A DNA stretch of 64,000 nucleotides from Tricharina praecox (lineage: Eukaryota). Shown in pieces: positions 1 to 10,559 of the stretch. The position numbers and the translations under genes were made by a program. How positions within the stretch are numbered: position 1 is the stretch's first letter; every line of letters begins with the position of its first letter. Where the stretch lies: contig NW_026250405.1 of the NCBI RefSeq assembly GCF_024521635.1, forward strand, positions 310,001 to 374,000, written 5' to 3'. Below the pieces are notes generated by a model. That model made no database searches. It was not told where the DNA came from and saw only the letters and a program-made list of their open reading frames with translations.

Positions 1-130
1 GAGTACGTAGCGGGATCAGGGCCTGCCAGAGCCTGGCTGGCCGATGCTTAACGTTTTTCTCGCCATGTGGGATTAGGATTTTGTGGGTATGTAAGCCTGG
101 AACCTGGGTGGTTGATGATGTCTTGCGAAT

Positions 131-161
<31 letters not shown>

Positions 162-162
162 C
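131..162. repeat. (GCAC)n microsatellite
   Basis: Tandem GCAC units seen directly. Confidence 0.9.
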
Positions 163-2411
163 CAGGCACGCAACGCAGGTACGGATGACCCGAGTTAAGA
201 TGCGAGACCTGTTTCGGTCGGCTTGCGGCCCGCTGCCCGCGTCAGAGACCTGCGATGGTCACCGTTTTTGCGGGCGTATGGAGCCTGGCCTTGCAAACAC
301 GCGGGCCATAGGAGCGAGTACATCGTGTCGTACACACGCCCGGTACCCAGAGAGGTACCCACACGGCAGCGTGCGAGAAGGCCAGGCCCTCTTGTTATAC
401 TCGAGAGAGACACGCGAGGAGCAAGTAGAGTACTCGTCAGTTGTGACCGGCGGGCCCCACTTCCCCCAGCTGTAAACTCAGCGAGCGTATTCCTCCTTGT
501 CTCCGCCCGCGGCTCTGCACGCTTACCGCTGCAGACTTGCAGACTTGCAGTCTCAGTTTTCTCCAGAGACAGAGGCAGCAATCGTTCGGATAGAGCTACA
601 CCCCGCACGATCTAGCGTTCTGGCTTGGGTTCGGTATCTTATGTATCATGTATGTACGAAATACCTTCTGTGTACATTGGGTACTTGCTGACCAGTTCGG
701 ACAGATGCGGAGAACGATCCGACCCGACACTTTCGATTGGCCGCGGGCAGCAGAGGGGAAGATTCTGTCTGTCCAGCCAGTGGGGCAGTGGGCGAGTGGA
801 CCAGAGGCCTTGGCCGTTCATGTGCCGACCCGGCTCCTCTGCGCACGCAATTCGATGCAGTGGGTGCCTGGTAGGTGGCATACGAGGTGTTCTACTATGT
901 AACGATACTTCTCGCGCTGTACGGCCATAGAATCAGCCGGAAGAGCCCGCGGAGAACGAGTGGAACCGGCATCGAGCCAACGACCCAACGACTGAAGCAC
1001 AATGTCGTGCTTCGACGGACTGGGTATGCACATACGAAGCAGACGGTCGTGACGCCGAACGAGAAGCAAACACGATGAACACGACGGGCGCGATGGACAC
1101 GACGAATACGACGCGCAGGAAGCGGAGCACGTCACCGCGGCGGCAATTGGCTTTGCGCATCTATAAAATTGCTGTGACACGGTTGCGTGTTCTATACGGT
1201 TATATATCGCGGCAGATAACTCTCTTGAGCCTACATCTAGATTCTAGGCATCATACCTGTGAGCACCCGGGCGGGGTAACGGTGGTCTGGTCTGGCCTGG
1301 TGACAGCGACTCCACGTCATGCCGTCTCACTCACCGGCTGCTTGGCGGGGCCCTGGCCACCACGTTTGGGGGTTGCGGACTTGCGGTATGTACCCTGTTG
1401 GGTATGCGCCCGTCAGATGTCATATCGATGGCCAGGATTCGTTTTCGCGAGGGATGAGAGACTTTTCGTCGCCAAGATAAGATTCGTTCGAGTGTCAACC
1501 TAGCTCTGATGATTGATACCTAGCTTAGTACGTACTGCGTACATAGCGGTGGCCTCTGGAGATTGATTGCGAGCTGATGTCCAAGCCAGCGAATGGATTC
1601 TGACCCGAGTCCCATTGGGTGCTCAAACGAATGCGCCCAGTCCTGACGTTAGGTTGCACACACCGTTTCTCTCGACATACCTCCTACTCTATATAGCAGT
1701 ATGCACTATGCACACCTCTGCACCTCTGCCCTCGTTCGCACCGTCCCTACGCGGAGTGCCATGCATGCGGATATAGTGTCTAGAGCGCCAGTCTTCTCCA
1801 CGACTTCCGTTGCAGCACAGCCCCTCACGCCGACTCCGGGCCGTGTTCCAGGAGGTACAAAGTGGAGACACAACCATGCGATGTCCCGGGATCGGCCCAT
1901 TCCTGTGCTCCGGGTCGCCATAACGTCCTGTCGGGACCCGGTATGTTGCGATTTTCCGCAGCCGTTGGAGATCCATATGCTCTGCGCCGCGTGGATGATG
2001 GCACATACCGCAGATACCGGCATCGCTGTCTGTGCCTTGCCGTGGGGAGGGCGTTGGGACGGCGGGTGGGCGGGGGAGTAGTTATACGAGTTATACATAC
2101 GAGTGATACTCTACTCCAGACTTTGGTACTACTTGCTCTGCACAAGGTTCTCGTATTCATGCGAGGGATGTAGCTCCGACACTCTATTCGCAGAGATAAC
2201 TACATTCTGGAGTTACAGAGGTACGGAGTACATCGCAAGCGAGTTGGACTTTGGCGTCATTCAGTAGAGAGAAAGAGGAAAAAACAACAGGCTTCACCGG
2301 AGTCGAGTGTCGATTGTGCTGTCGAGTTCGAGTTCGAGTCTTGTCGTTGCGTATCTCCGCAGTGGAGATTATTGCCTCGCTTCGACTCAGTAGGATGGCG
2401 GCCGCACCCGC

Positions 2412-2671
2412 AAACACCTTGGGGGTTGGTTTTCTGCCACGGACTTGTGTAGCGAGAAGAGTTGCGGGCGCCCAGCCACAATCACGGAACCAGTCTCACA
2501 GCGCCCCGTCCGTGCCCAGAGTCCCGATCGGTTTGAGTTTTCACGGCAACGCACTGGGAGGAAGGAGCCTTGGTAGAGCAGCTACGTCGTCCGCGTACGT
2601 GCGATACTAGGTCCTGCTAGCCTAGTTAAAGGCGCGGAGAAAAGAGAGCGAGCAGAAACACCTTGGGGGTT
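2412..2671. promoter_or_regulatory. Two identical 16-bp AAACACCTTGGGGGTT elements, putative zinc-responsive (Zap1/ZafA-type) sites
   Basis: Exact copies at 2412-2427 and 2656-2671 upstream of the ZIP gene. They contain ACCTTG (CAAGGT on the minus strand) and resemble the yeast ZRE ACCTTNAAGGT. A further CAAGGT is at 2143. Confidence 0.6.
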
Positions 2672-2882
2672 ACTCGGGCTCTGCTATCTCTGCTAGGTGG
2701 AAAGGCCGGAGCATACAAAGGGGAACACTGCCCCACATCCACCCCCTCAAACCCCCTCTCCCCCCACCGAGAATATTCTGCTTGCTCTCTCCCGTTCTCA
2801 TAACTGCTTCCCCTCCCTCCGCATTGAACCGGTTAAATCATAGCCCCCACGGCATTTTCTTCACTTATACACACGGCCCGTG

Positions 2883-4354
2883 ATGATGTTTACACGCCAC
2901 ACCAGCGCACTGCCGCTACTGGCCCTCCTCGGCGCCGTGCATGCACAGTCAGCCACTTCATCTGCTGCATCGCCAACCATCACGAGTCTTGATGACTGTC
3001 ACTTGCACGACCTAGTACAGTATGTGTCACTTCCGCTGCCCCCCGAGACTGAAACGGGCGCTGATCACGATGGTGTTCTAGATTATGCATGCCTAAACCC
3101 GCCGGCGAGGAGGTCGTCGTCACTACCGCTTCCAACGCCGCCGCTGCCACTGCCCTGCCCACCGCTTACAACGACTGCCACACCCACGACGGAGAAACAT
3201 TCTGTGTCGACGCTGCCGGAAACGACGTCTTCATCGAGGGTCTGTCCGGCGAAGCCCACGAAGACCATGAGGGCCACGATGAGGAGGAGGAGACCACAAC
3301 AGTCGCGGCCACCACCCAACAGAACTGCCACTTCCACGCCGGCGTCGAGCACTGCACCGGTGGAACGCCCGAGCAGATGGCATTAGCAAGCTCGTGCGCG
3401 CGCGTCGACAGGAAATACAACATCCCGCTCCGAATCGGCAGCATCTTCATCGTGCTCGCGACGTCCGCCATCTCGGTGTTCCTTCCGCTGCTGCTCCGCC
3501 GCTTCACCAAGGTCAAGGGCTCCAACATCGCCTTCACGCTGATCAAGCAGTTTGGCACCGGCGTCATCATCGCTACCGCCTTCGTCCACCTCCTGACCCA
3601 CGCCGACCTGATGTTTACCAACGACTGTGTCGGCGAGCTGAAATACGAAGCGACGACGACCGCGGTCGTCATGGCCGGCCTGCTCCTCGCCTTCTCGGTC
3701 GAATACGCCGGCAACCGGATCATCAACGCGCGCAACGCTCGCCGCGCCGCCGCTGCGCCAGCCAACCTCGAGTCCTCAGGCGAGAGCCCCAGTGCCTCGA
3801 TCGCATCCGGCGAGAAGCCCGAGGCGGAGATCGCGCACTCCCACGCCCCCACTCACGCCGAGCCCGGCGACGACAAGCTCTCCGTGCTGGTGATGGAGAT
3901 GGGGATCATCTTCCACTCGATCCTGATCGGGATCACGCTGGTCGTCGCGGGCGACAGCGTGTTCAAGACGCTGCTGGTAGTGATCATCTTCCACCAGGGC
4001 TTTGAGGGCCTCGCGCTCGGCACGCGCATCGCCGGCCTCTCGCCGCAGGGCGCGCTGAACCCCGTCAAGATCCTGCTCGCTACCATGTTCGCACTCATCA
4101 CACCTATCGGCATGGCCATCGGCATCGGCGTTAGGAATTACTTCAATGGCAACGATAGGGAGACACTCATCGCGCTCGGCACCCTCGACGCGCTCAGTGC
4201 GGGGATACTCGTATGGGTCGGCTGCGTCGAGATGCTCGCGGGCGACTGGATGGGCGGCGAGCTGAGGAACGCGGGCGTTGTCAGGACTCTTGCTGCCGCG
4301 TTCAGTCTCCTCGCCGGGTTGGTGCTCATGAGTTTGCTCGGGAAGTGGGCGTAG
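2883..4354 (+). CDS. zrfC: ZIP-family zinc transporter with signal peptide and Cys/His-rich extracellular N-terminus (ZrfC/Zrt1 type); exons 2883-3019, 3082-4354
   Basis: Intron GTATGT..CTGAT..CTAG (3020-3081) joins the two ORFs in frame. ZIP motifs KQFGTGVIIATAFVHLL, EMGIIFHSILIG, FHQGFEGLALG and C-terminal LGKWA. Three CHxH..C motifs. Orthology to zrfC is inferred from architecture. Confidence 0.93.
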
Positions 4355-4930
4355 TAGAAGACGGAGGGGATTGCTCTGAGTTATTGCGTTTATGTTGGTG
4401 GGTATTTGGTTTTTACTTTTACTTTTACAGGCGCTGGGGCGTTGGGGGCATGATAGTTATTTGGTTGAGTGTATTTGTATTTGGTTAAGTGTTATTGTTT
4501 GTGCACTGCAGTGCACTGGGAATAGATGGTTGTATTTTTATTTTATCTTACGTTTCTTGTGATTCTTGTCTTGTCTCGTCTGTCTTGATAGCCACCAGGA
4601 ACGTGGTTGGGATGGAAGTAAATGCGAATATCTGGGTGTATGAAGTATCTATCCAGTTTCATGATTGTCACCCGTCGCTACTTAAGGATGATGATCCGGC
4701 CAATTTGATCGTGCTTGATGGGCGTGTCTGTCTCCGTCCTTGGGTCTGTTTGGGTCTCGAGGAGGTATCATGGGCCAAGTGGGGAGAGTGGGGGAAATAG
4801 GTATACCACAGTGCTCAAAGACCTTGGTACTTGAAGTGATGAGGCACCTAGATAGCCTATAAGTCTGCTGCTGATGATGCAATACTGGTGTTTTTTTTGG
4901 TTTAATCATCTCCTGTGATGCCTGCGAAGT

Positions 4931-5071
4931 GCCTAGACTAGAGAGAGATCTTCAGTTTATTTCGCATGCGGCTACCTAGACTAGAGAGAGAGAGAGGGAG
5001 AGAGAGAGAGATCTTCCTGTTTTATTCCGCATGCAGCCTATCTAGACTATGGCGAACGTACCTAGACTAGA
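4931..5071 (-). mobile_element. Two tandem, extremely 5'-truncated retroposon 3' ends with (TC)n tail
   Basis: Minus strand reads GCCATAGTCTAGATAGGCTGCATGCGGAATAAAACAGGAAGATCTCTCTC, matching 56432-56486(+) and 21585-21622(-). TACCTAGACTAGA is repeated at 4973-4985 and 5059-5071. Confidence 0.65.
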
Positions 5072-6149
5072 ACTTGGAGACTCACCAGGACTTTCCGTGC
5101 GAGGAGTGATATCTCTCGATCGGCAATCACGGCTGTGCGCGGCAGATCACTCGCCTGGCTACATAAATGGACATGGATATGGACATGGCGATCGACGGCA
5201 AATCGAACTGAGGTGGTGCACACTGCACGTGGGATCTAGAAGTAATCGACGTCGAGAACAACCAACACAACACTGTTACACCGTGCGCAGTAGCCTTCCG
5301 GCCAGAGCAGGCCTCCTTATATGTTGTATGTTGGCCCTCGAGCCAACAAACGGGTTCCCGCATCGGCTCCCGAGTGGAGTTGGGTGGCCGTACATAAACA
5401 GATCGTCAATAACGGCCGTGCGCGGCAGAGTTGCGTCGCTGGCGGCCGGTAGCCGTGAACACTACCGACAGCCAACACATAACATCTAACAGGAACGCCG
5501 GGATGAACGTCGGGAGGATGGTCGGGAGGATCCAGGAGTATATAGGCGGAATCGAGCGCAGAGATACCTACCTACCTAATCTACTATATATGATAGTACA
5601 TACGAGACCCGCTCGAGACCAACGCAAACCTACGAGAACAATTCGTCGCCATAATCCGTTGCGCACTTTACTGGCTATGCACTGCCGGAGTGGATGGTAC
5701 CAACTTCTACGTACTAAGTCGCTTCGCGCACGCAGCCTGCACCAGTGCACCTAGCTGCCGAGCGATTGCCGTCCTGTGAGGCTGTAAAGCTGTAAAGCTG
5801 TAACTCACCCACCCACGCCAGGGCGTTTTACGAGGCGACGCTCGCAATAGGATAGAGCAGTGTCGTAAAGCAAATCTGGTGAAATCCGGGCTTCCGGGAC
5901 TTGTTTTGAGACGTCGGGGGGTGGTTTATGTTTCCGCCGGGTATGAGCGAGTGATATACTGTGCGGAAGAGTTTGTTCATCGGTGCTTTGTCTTTTGGAC
6001 TCCCGAGAGTCGGTGACCGTCAAGGGCTTTTGATATACCACGTCGTTGCCCCGAGGTCACAGGTGGTCATTATGCACATGACGGTTTTTGTGTTGGACGA
6101 GGCAGGTTTGCACACATCTTAAATTGCGGCTTGCCAGATTGTGAAGATC

Positions 6150-7610
6150 TCTCTCGCGACCTATCAAGATCATAGCAAATTCTACCCGTGCACCCTCCGT
6201 TTCCACGCCACTTTGCAACCCAACTTCCATCAGGCGGCCCGAGGTGAGTTTCTCTGCTCTCTGCTGTAGCCTACAGAGACGAGCACTGAAACCCAGACAA
6301 TCGAAGTCATCCCGACCGTCGAGTGATGAGTGACAAACTTTGGTAAGGACTTCACCAGCCTCGCACTCGCGATCGAGTGATAATCGCAGAAGGACAGTTC
6401 GAGATCATCCCCAGCAAGCGGCTGGATTCCCGTGATTCAATGGGTGATAGGACGTGCATCTTTGAATTGTTGCTGGTGGCTAGCCATCGGCGAAACTTGT
6501 GGTGGGATCTAGTGGTCGTGCGGCTCCTCAAACCTTTATCTATAAAATACCCCCTCCGCTCCTCCTCCTCTGGTTCTTCTCTCCTTCTCTTCACATTATT
6601 AACCACAACTTCCATTCCTTCTATCGATACTCCTGCTTGATTCACTTGACTGATCTGTTGCCTTCCGTCTCAAGACCCCGTGCGGTGCGGAACGCAACCC
6701 GGTGGTCTCTTCCGCCCTTGTTTTTGCTTGCCTCTTATTTTGTTTTCCTAGAGTTTGACCGTTCCTTCCCCCTTCTCTCTCCCCCTGACCCTCGCCGCGG
6801 TCTTGTTTTCTTTTTTTCGATGTTTTCCCTTGCGTTCGTTTCATTTCACTACCCAGCAGCTTCGTCTGGTGTGTAACACTCCACACCATTTCTTCTGGCC
6901 ATTTCATGATACGCCGATCCCGGATAAGACCTTGATCACTTCCAGCGGCAAGATGGTTGCTGCCGCTGCAGCGCCTTGTGTTCCGGCTCTCATCGAGTGC
7001 GGCCACAAGGTCTTCATCTTCAGCCAGTTCAAGTCTGGCTGAACAGAGAAAGAAGTACAACTTGGTTGTACTGCCAAGTTGTACGTGGAGGTTTTCTTCC
7101 GTTGATGCGATCGCAGCAAAGGTCTTTCCTCCTGGTCATGTGTGACGCACATGACCGAAGCCAATGTTGTTGCTCTAGCCGCTGCGCGAGACGACGACAT
7201 CGGCTTCCGAACCGACTGCACTGTAGTCCGCAGTCTGAACTCGCGATCCATGGCTGCTTCCTGGCGTGCGTGTCCTTAGTTCGTGCTCTTCAACCACGTA
7301 CGTCGTATCGTGGCCGCCAACACTACTCCAGCGCGCGAGGGGACTTTGGCCCTTCTCCGGCGATAGGCGCATGTTTGCTTGCTCAGAGTCCTTTGATCTG
7401 ATGAGGAAATTTTGGTGGGGACTCGCCCTCTGGCGGCGGCGAAAAAAAGAGCCTGCCCAGCCGTAGCAGCGAGGAACTGATGGATCCGTGCAACCAGTCT
7501 AGCAAGCAGACGGTTTCAGCTTGTAGCAACAATAGACGGATCCAACCCTCGAGGCCCGGCTTAGCAGAAAAGGTCGGGGTTGTCTCTGCTGCTGCCTGCA
7601 AAGTAAAACG
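6150..7610 (+). repeat. Modular dispersed repeat, copy with antisense LINE-tail module at its left end
   Basis: Colinear and highly similar to 7918-9040; shares hairpin and tandem modules with the other copies. Confidence 0.85.
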
Positions 7611-7614
7611 GCCG

Positions 7615-7915
7615 CTGGTTTGTTCATTCATTGATTGCATACGACCTATGTAGATCATGGCAATATCATTTACCCGTGCACCCCCCCGTTTCCACGCCAC
7701 TTTCCAACCCAAATTTCGTCAGGCGGCCCGAGATGTAGCTTTCCCTGCCCTCCACCCTGGCCTTTCCCGACAGCATGTGAGCGCAGGAAGACGCAATGAC
7801 CGTTCCCCGCCACGCCCTCCTCTACCGCTCGGCCTGCCCCCCGCACCCGCGCCCACCGACGCCATTGTGCCGTCCCACCTCCACCGCAACTCTCTAGTCC
7901 GCTATCGAGAGACGG
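7615..7915 (-). mobile_element. 5'-truncated non-LTR retrotransposon 3' UTR fragment
   Basis: Colinear with 20818-21110 and similar to the LINE 3' UTR at 44900-45050. Ends ...GCCATGATCTACATAGGTCGTATGCAATCAATGAATGAACAAA on the minus strand. Confidence 0.7.
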
Positions 7916-7917
7916 AC

Positions 7918-9680
7918 ATTTTTTTTTGTTCAGTCATTAATTGCATGTGACCTAGGTATCTAGATCATGGCAGTATCATCAACACGTGCGCCCCCCGTTT
8001 CCACGCCACTGTCCAGCCGAGCTTTCGTCAGGCGGCCCAATGTGACTTTCCCTGTCCTCCGCCCTGTCCTGGAGAGACGAGCATTGAAACCCAGACAATC
8101 GAAGTCGTCCCAGCCGTTGAGTGATAAATGACGAACTGCGCTAATGACGTCACCGGCCTCGCGCTCGCGATCGAGTGATATACGCAGCATACACAGCAAG
8201 TGGCTGGATTCCCGCGATTCAATGGGTGATAGGGCTTGAACCTTTGAATTGTCGCGATCATCCCCAGCAAGCGGCTGGATTCCCGTGATTCAATGGGTGA
8301 TAGGACGTGCATCTTTGAATTGTTGCTGGTGGCTAGCCGTCGGCGAAACTTGTGGTGGGGTCTAGTGGTCGTGCGGCTCCTGAACCACCTATAAAAGACC
8401 ACCTCCGCTCCTCCTCCTCTACTTCTTCTCTCCTTCTCTTCACATCATCAACCACAACTTCCCTTTCTTCAATCGATATTCCTGCATGGTTCACTTGACT
8501 GTTCTGTTGTCTGCTGTCTCAAAACCTTTGCGGTGGCAAGCGCAACCTGGTGGTCTCTTCCCCCCCTTGTTTTTACTTATATCTCTTGTTTTTGCTTTCC
8601 TGGGGTTTGACCGTTCCTTTCCCCCTTCTCCCTCCCCCTCACCCTCGCCGCGGTCTTGTTTTCGTTTTTTTCGATGTTTTCCCTTGCGTTCGTTTCATTT
8701 CACCACCCAGCAGCTTCGTCTGGTGTGTAACACTCCACACCACTTCTTCTGGCCATTTTGTGATAAGCCGATCTCGGATAAGACCTTGATCACTTCCAGC
8801 GCCCTGTGTTTCGGCTCTCATCGAGCGCGGCCACAAGGTCTTAATGTTTAGTCAGTTTAAGGCTGGCTCAGAAAGAAGTATAACTTGGTTGTACTGCCAA
8901 GTTGTACGTGGAGGTTTTCTTCCTTTGCTGCGATCGCAGCAAAGGTCTTTCCTCCTGGCCATGCATGTCTGCGGGCATGCATGGCTAAAGTCAAATGTTG
9001 TTGCTCTGGCCGCTGCGCGAGACTACGACATTGACCTGGTGCGCGGGTTGGTTGCTGCCGCTGGGGGCGGTATCAGTGGGCGTGAGAAGTGGCAAGCATG
9101 CATTTTCGCCGGAGAACTATATCTTCTTCGACAGCTGGAGCATACCTATCCAGCCTATAGTCATTGGCGACAACCTCGTCTCCTACGCCCACCGTCTAGG
9201 TACGACAGATGATACAGTTCGTACCCACGAAACAAACAGACGTCAAAGAACCACTTTTCACACGTCTCCGCCTACCTATCTTATCTTCCTCTCCCTGGAG
9301 TCTATCTCGGAAGCCCTCACTCAGAGCCATAATTTCACTTTCCCCCTGTGTCGAGGAATGATGAATGATCTTCTAAAACGACTTCCGTCTATCGCTATTC
9401 GGATTGAAGTAACTATCACCATTCCCCCGTTGACGCTCTCTTTTTTTGGTTTATTCATTGCTTTCGAGTGCGAATGAATGAAGCTTCCTCGTGCACCCCC
9501 CCCCCCCCGCCCAACTGTCGTCTCGGTGTGTCTCTTTAGGTTGGCTGGTGTGGCAGCTTCAAACTGCACACGCATGCGCGTAGGAGGGCTTCGTGTGGAG
9601 AGTAGCAAACGTGCTGGCCACCATATCACGTTTGTCGATATTATTTTTTGGTTTTGTTTAATCAGTAATTATTTACGCGT
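7918..9680 (+). repeat. Modular dispersed repeat, copy with antisense LINE tail and T-tract at its left end
   Basis: Similar to 6150-7200. Segment 9150-9510 matches 55690-56040, and 9590-9680 matches 54215-54320. Confidence 0.85.
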
Positions 9681-9681
9681 C

Positions 9682-10559
9682 TGACACGTCTACAATGTCT
9701 TCCCTCGTCCGCCGCAATCCATCCCCCCCTTTCACCTCTACAACCACAACTAAATAATGCCACCAAAGCGGGAGCTGGAAGTAGAGATCTATGAGTCTAC
9801 TGAGATTTGGATTCAAAAGGCAATCGACGTTGTGGAGGCAAAAACCAACAATTATTTACACGAGCCTGCTCAAGAGCACCCCGCTCGCGAGCACCCCGCT
9901 CTCCCTTTTCACCACCACAACCACAATTAAATAATGCTACCAAAGCGGAAGCTTAAATTAGAGCATCATAAGTCTATTGAGACTCGGATTCAAAAGACTA
10001 TCGACGTTGTGGAGGCAAAACCAAACAATTATTTACACGAGCCCTCTCGCGAGCAGCGCGCACACCAGCACCAGCGGGCTTCTTCGCTTGCGCTTAGTCA
10101 TTCGCACGCGCGAGGATCGAATTCGCACAGCTCGTAACCATCTTCTTGCGAGCACACTTCCTAACCGTATCTAAGAGATCTAGATAGAGGCAAACTGTAA
10201 GTTCCTGATCTCCTGAAACTGTTTTATTACTTCCTGTTCGGCCACTCTTCGATTGTTGACCGTTTCATCTCGCTCTTAGTCTTTGTGGTGGAAGTTCGAA
10301 CTCCCGAGCAGCAGCAGGTTATGTTTTTCCTCCCCTCTCTCCTCCACAACGTCGATAGCCTCTTAAATCCAAGTCTCAATAGACTCATAGGTCTCTACTT
10401 CAAGTTCCCGCTTTGGTGGCATTATTTAGTTGTGGTTGTGGTGAAAGGAGGGGTTGATTGCGGCGGACAAGGGAAGAAATAGTAGACGTGTCAAACCTGC
10501 TTAACATGTCGGGCACTCCGTAGGAGTGCCCTGGGTGGTGTTAACCACCTTGGCACGAG
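9682..10559. mobile_element. Foldback remnant of a pogo/Fot1-like DNA transposon (inverted 5' ends, transposase N-terminus relic)
   Basis: Inverted arms at about 9682-9840 and 10341-10493, with a tandem copy at about 9900-10050. Translation MPPKR..E(T)RIQKAIDVVEAK..YLHE resembles the HTH_psq start of Fot1/pogo transposases. The right end abuts TA (10560-61) and interrupts a host repeat. Confidence 0.6.

Noticed and set aside
3166..4329. Long antisense and alternative-frame ORFs over the ZIP gene (likewise over malic enzyme, subtilisin and cerato-platanin)
   Set aside because: Shadow ORFs caused by high GC3 codon bias.
7397..7445. CTGATGAG...CGAAA hammerhead-ribozyme-like core in the repeat
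   Set aside because: No stem II pairing beyond one G-C, no convincing stems I or III, and CTGATGA is not kept in the homologous segments near 20640 and 62320.
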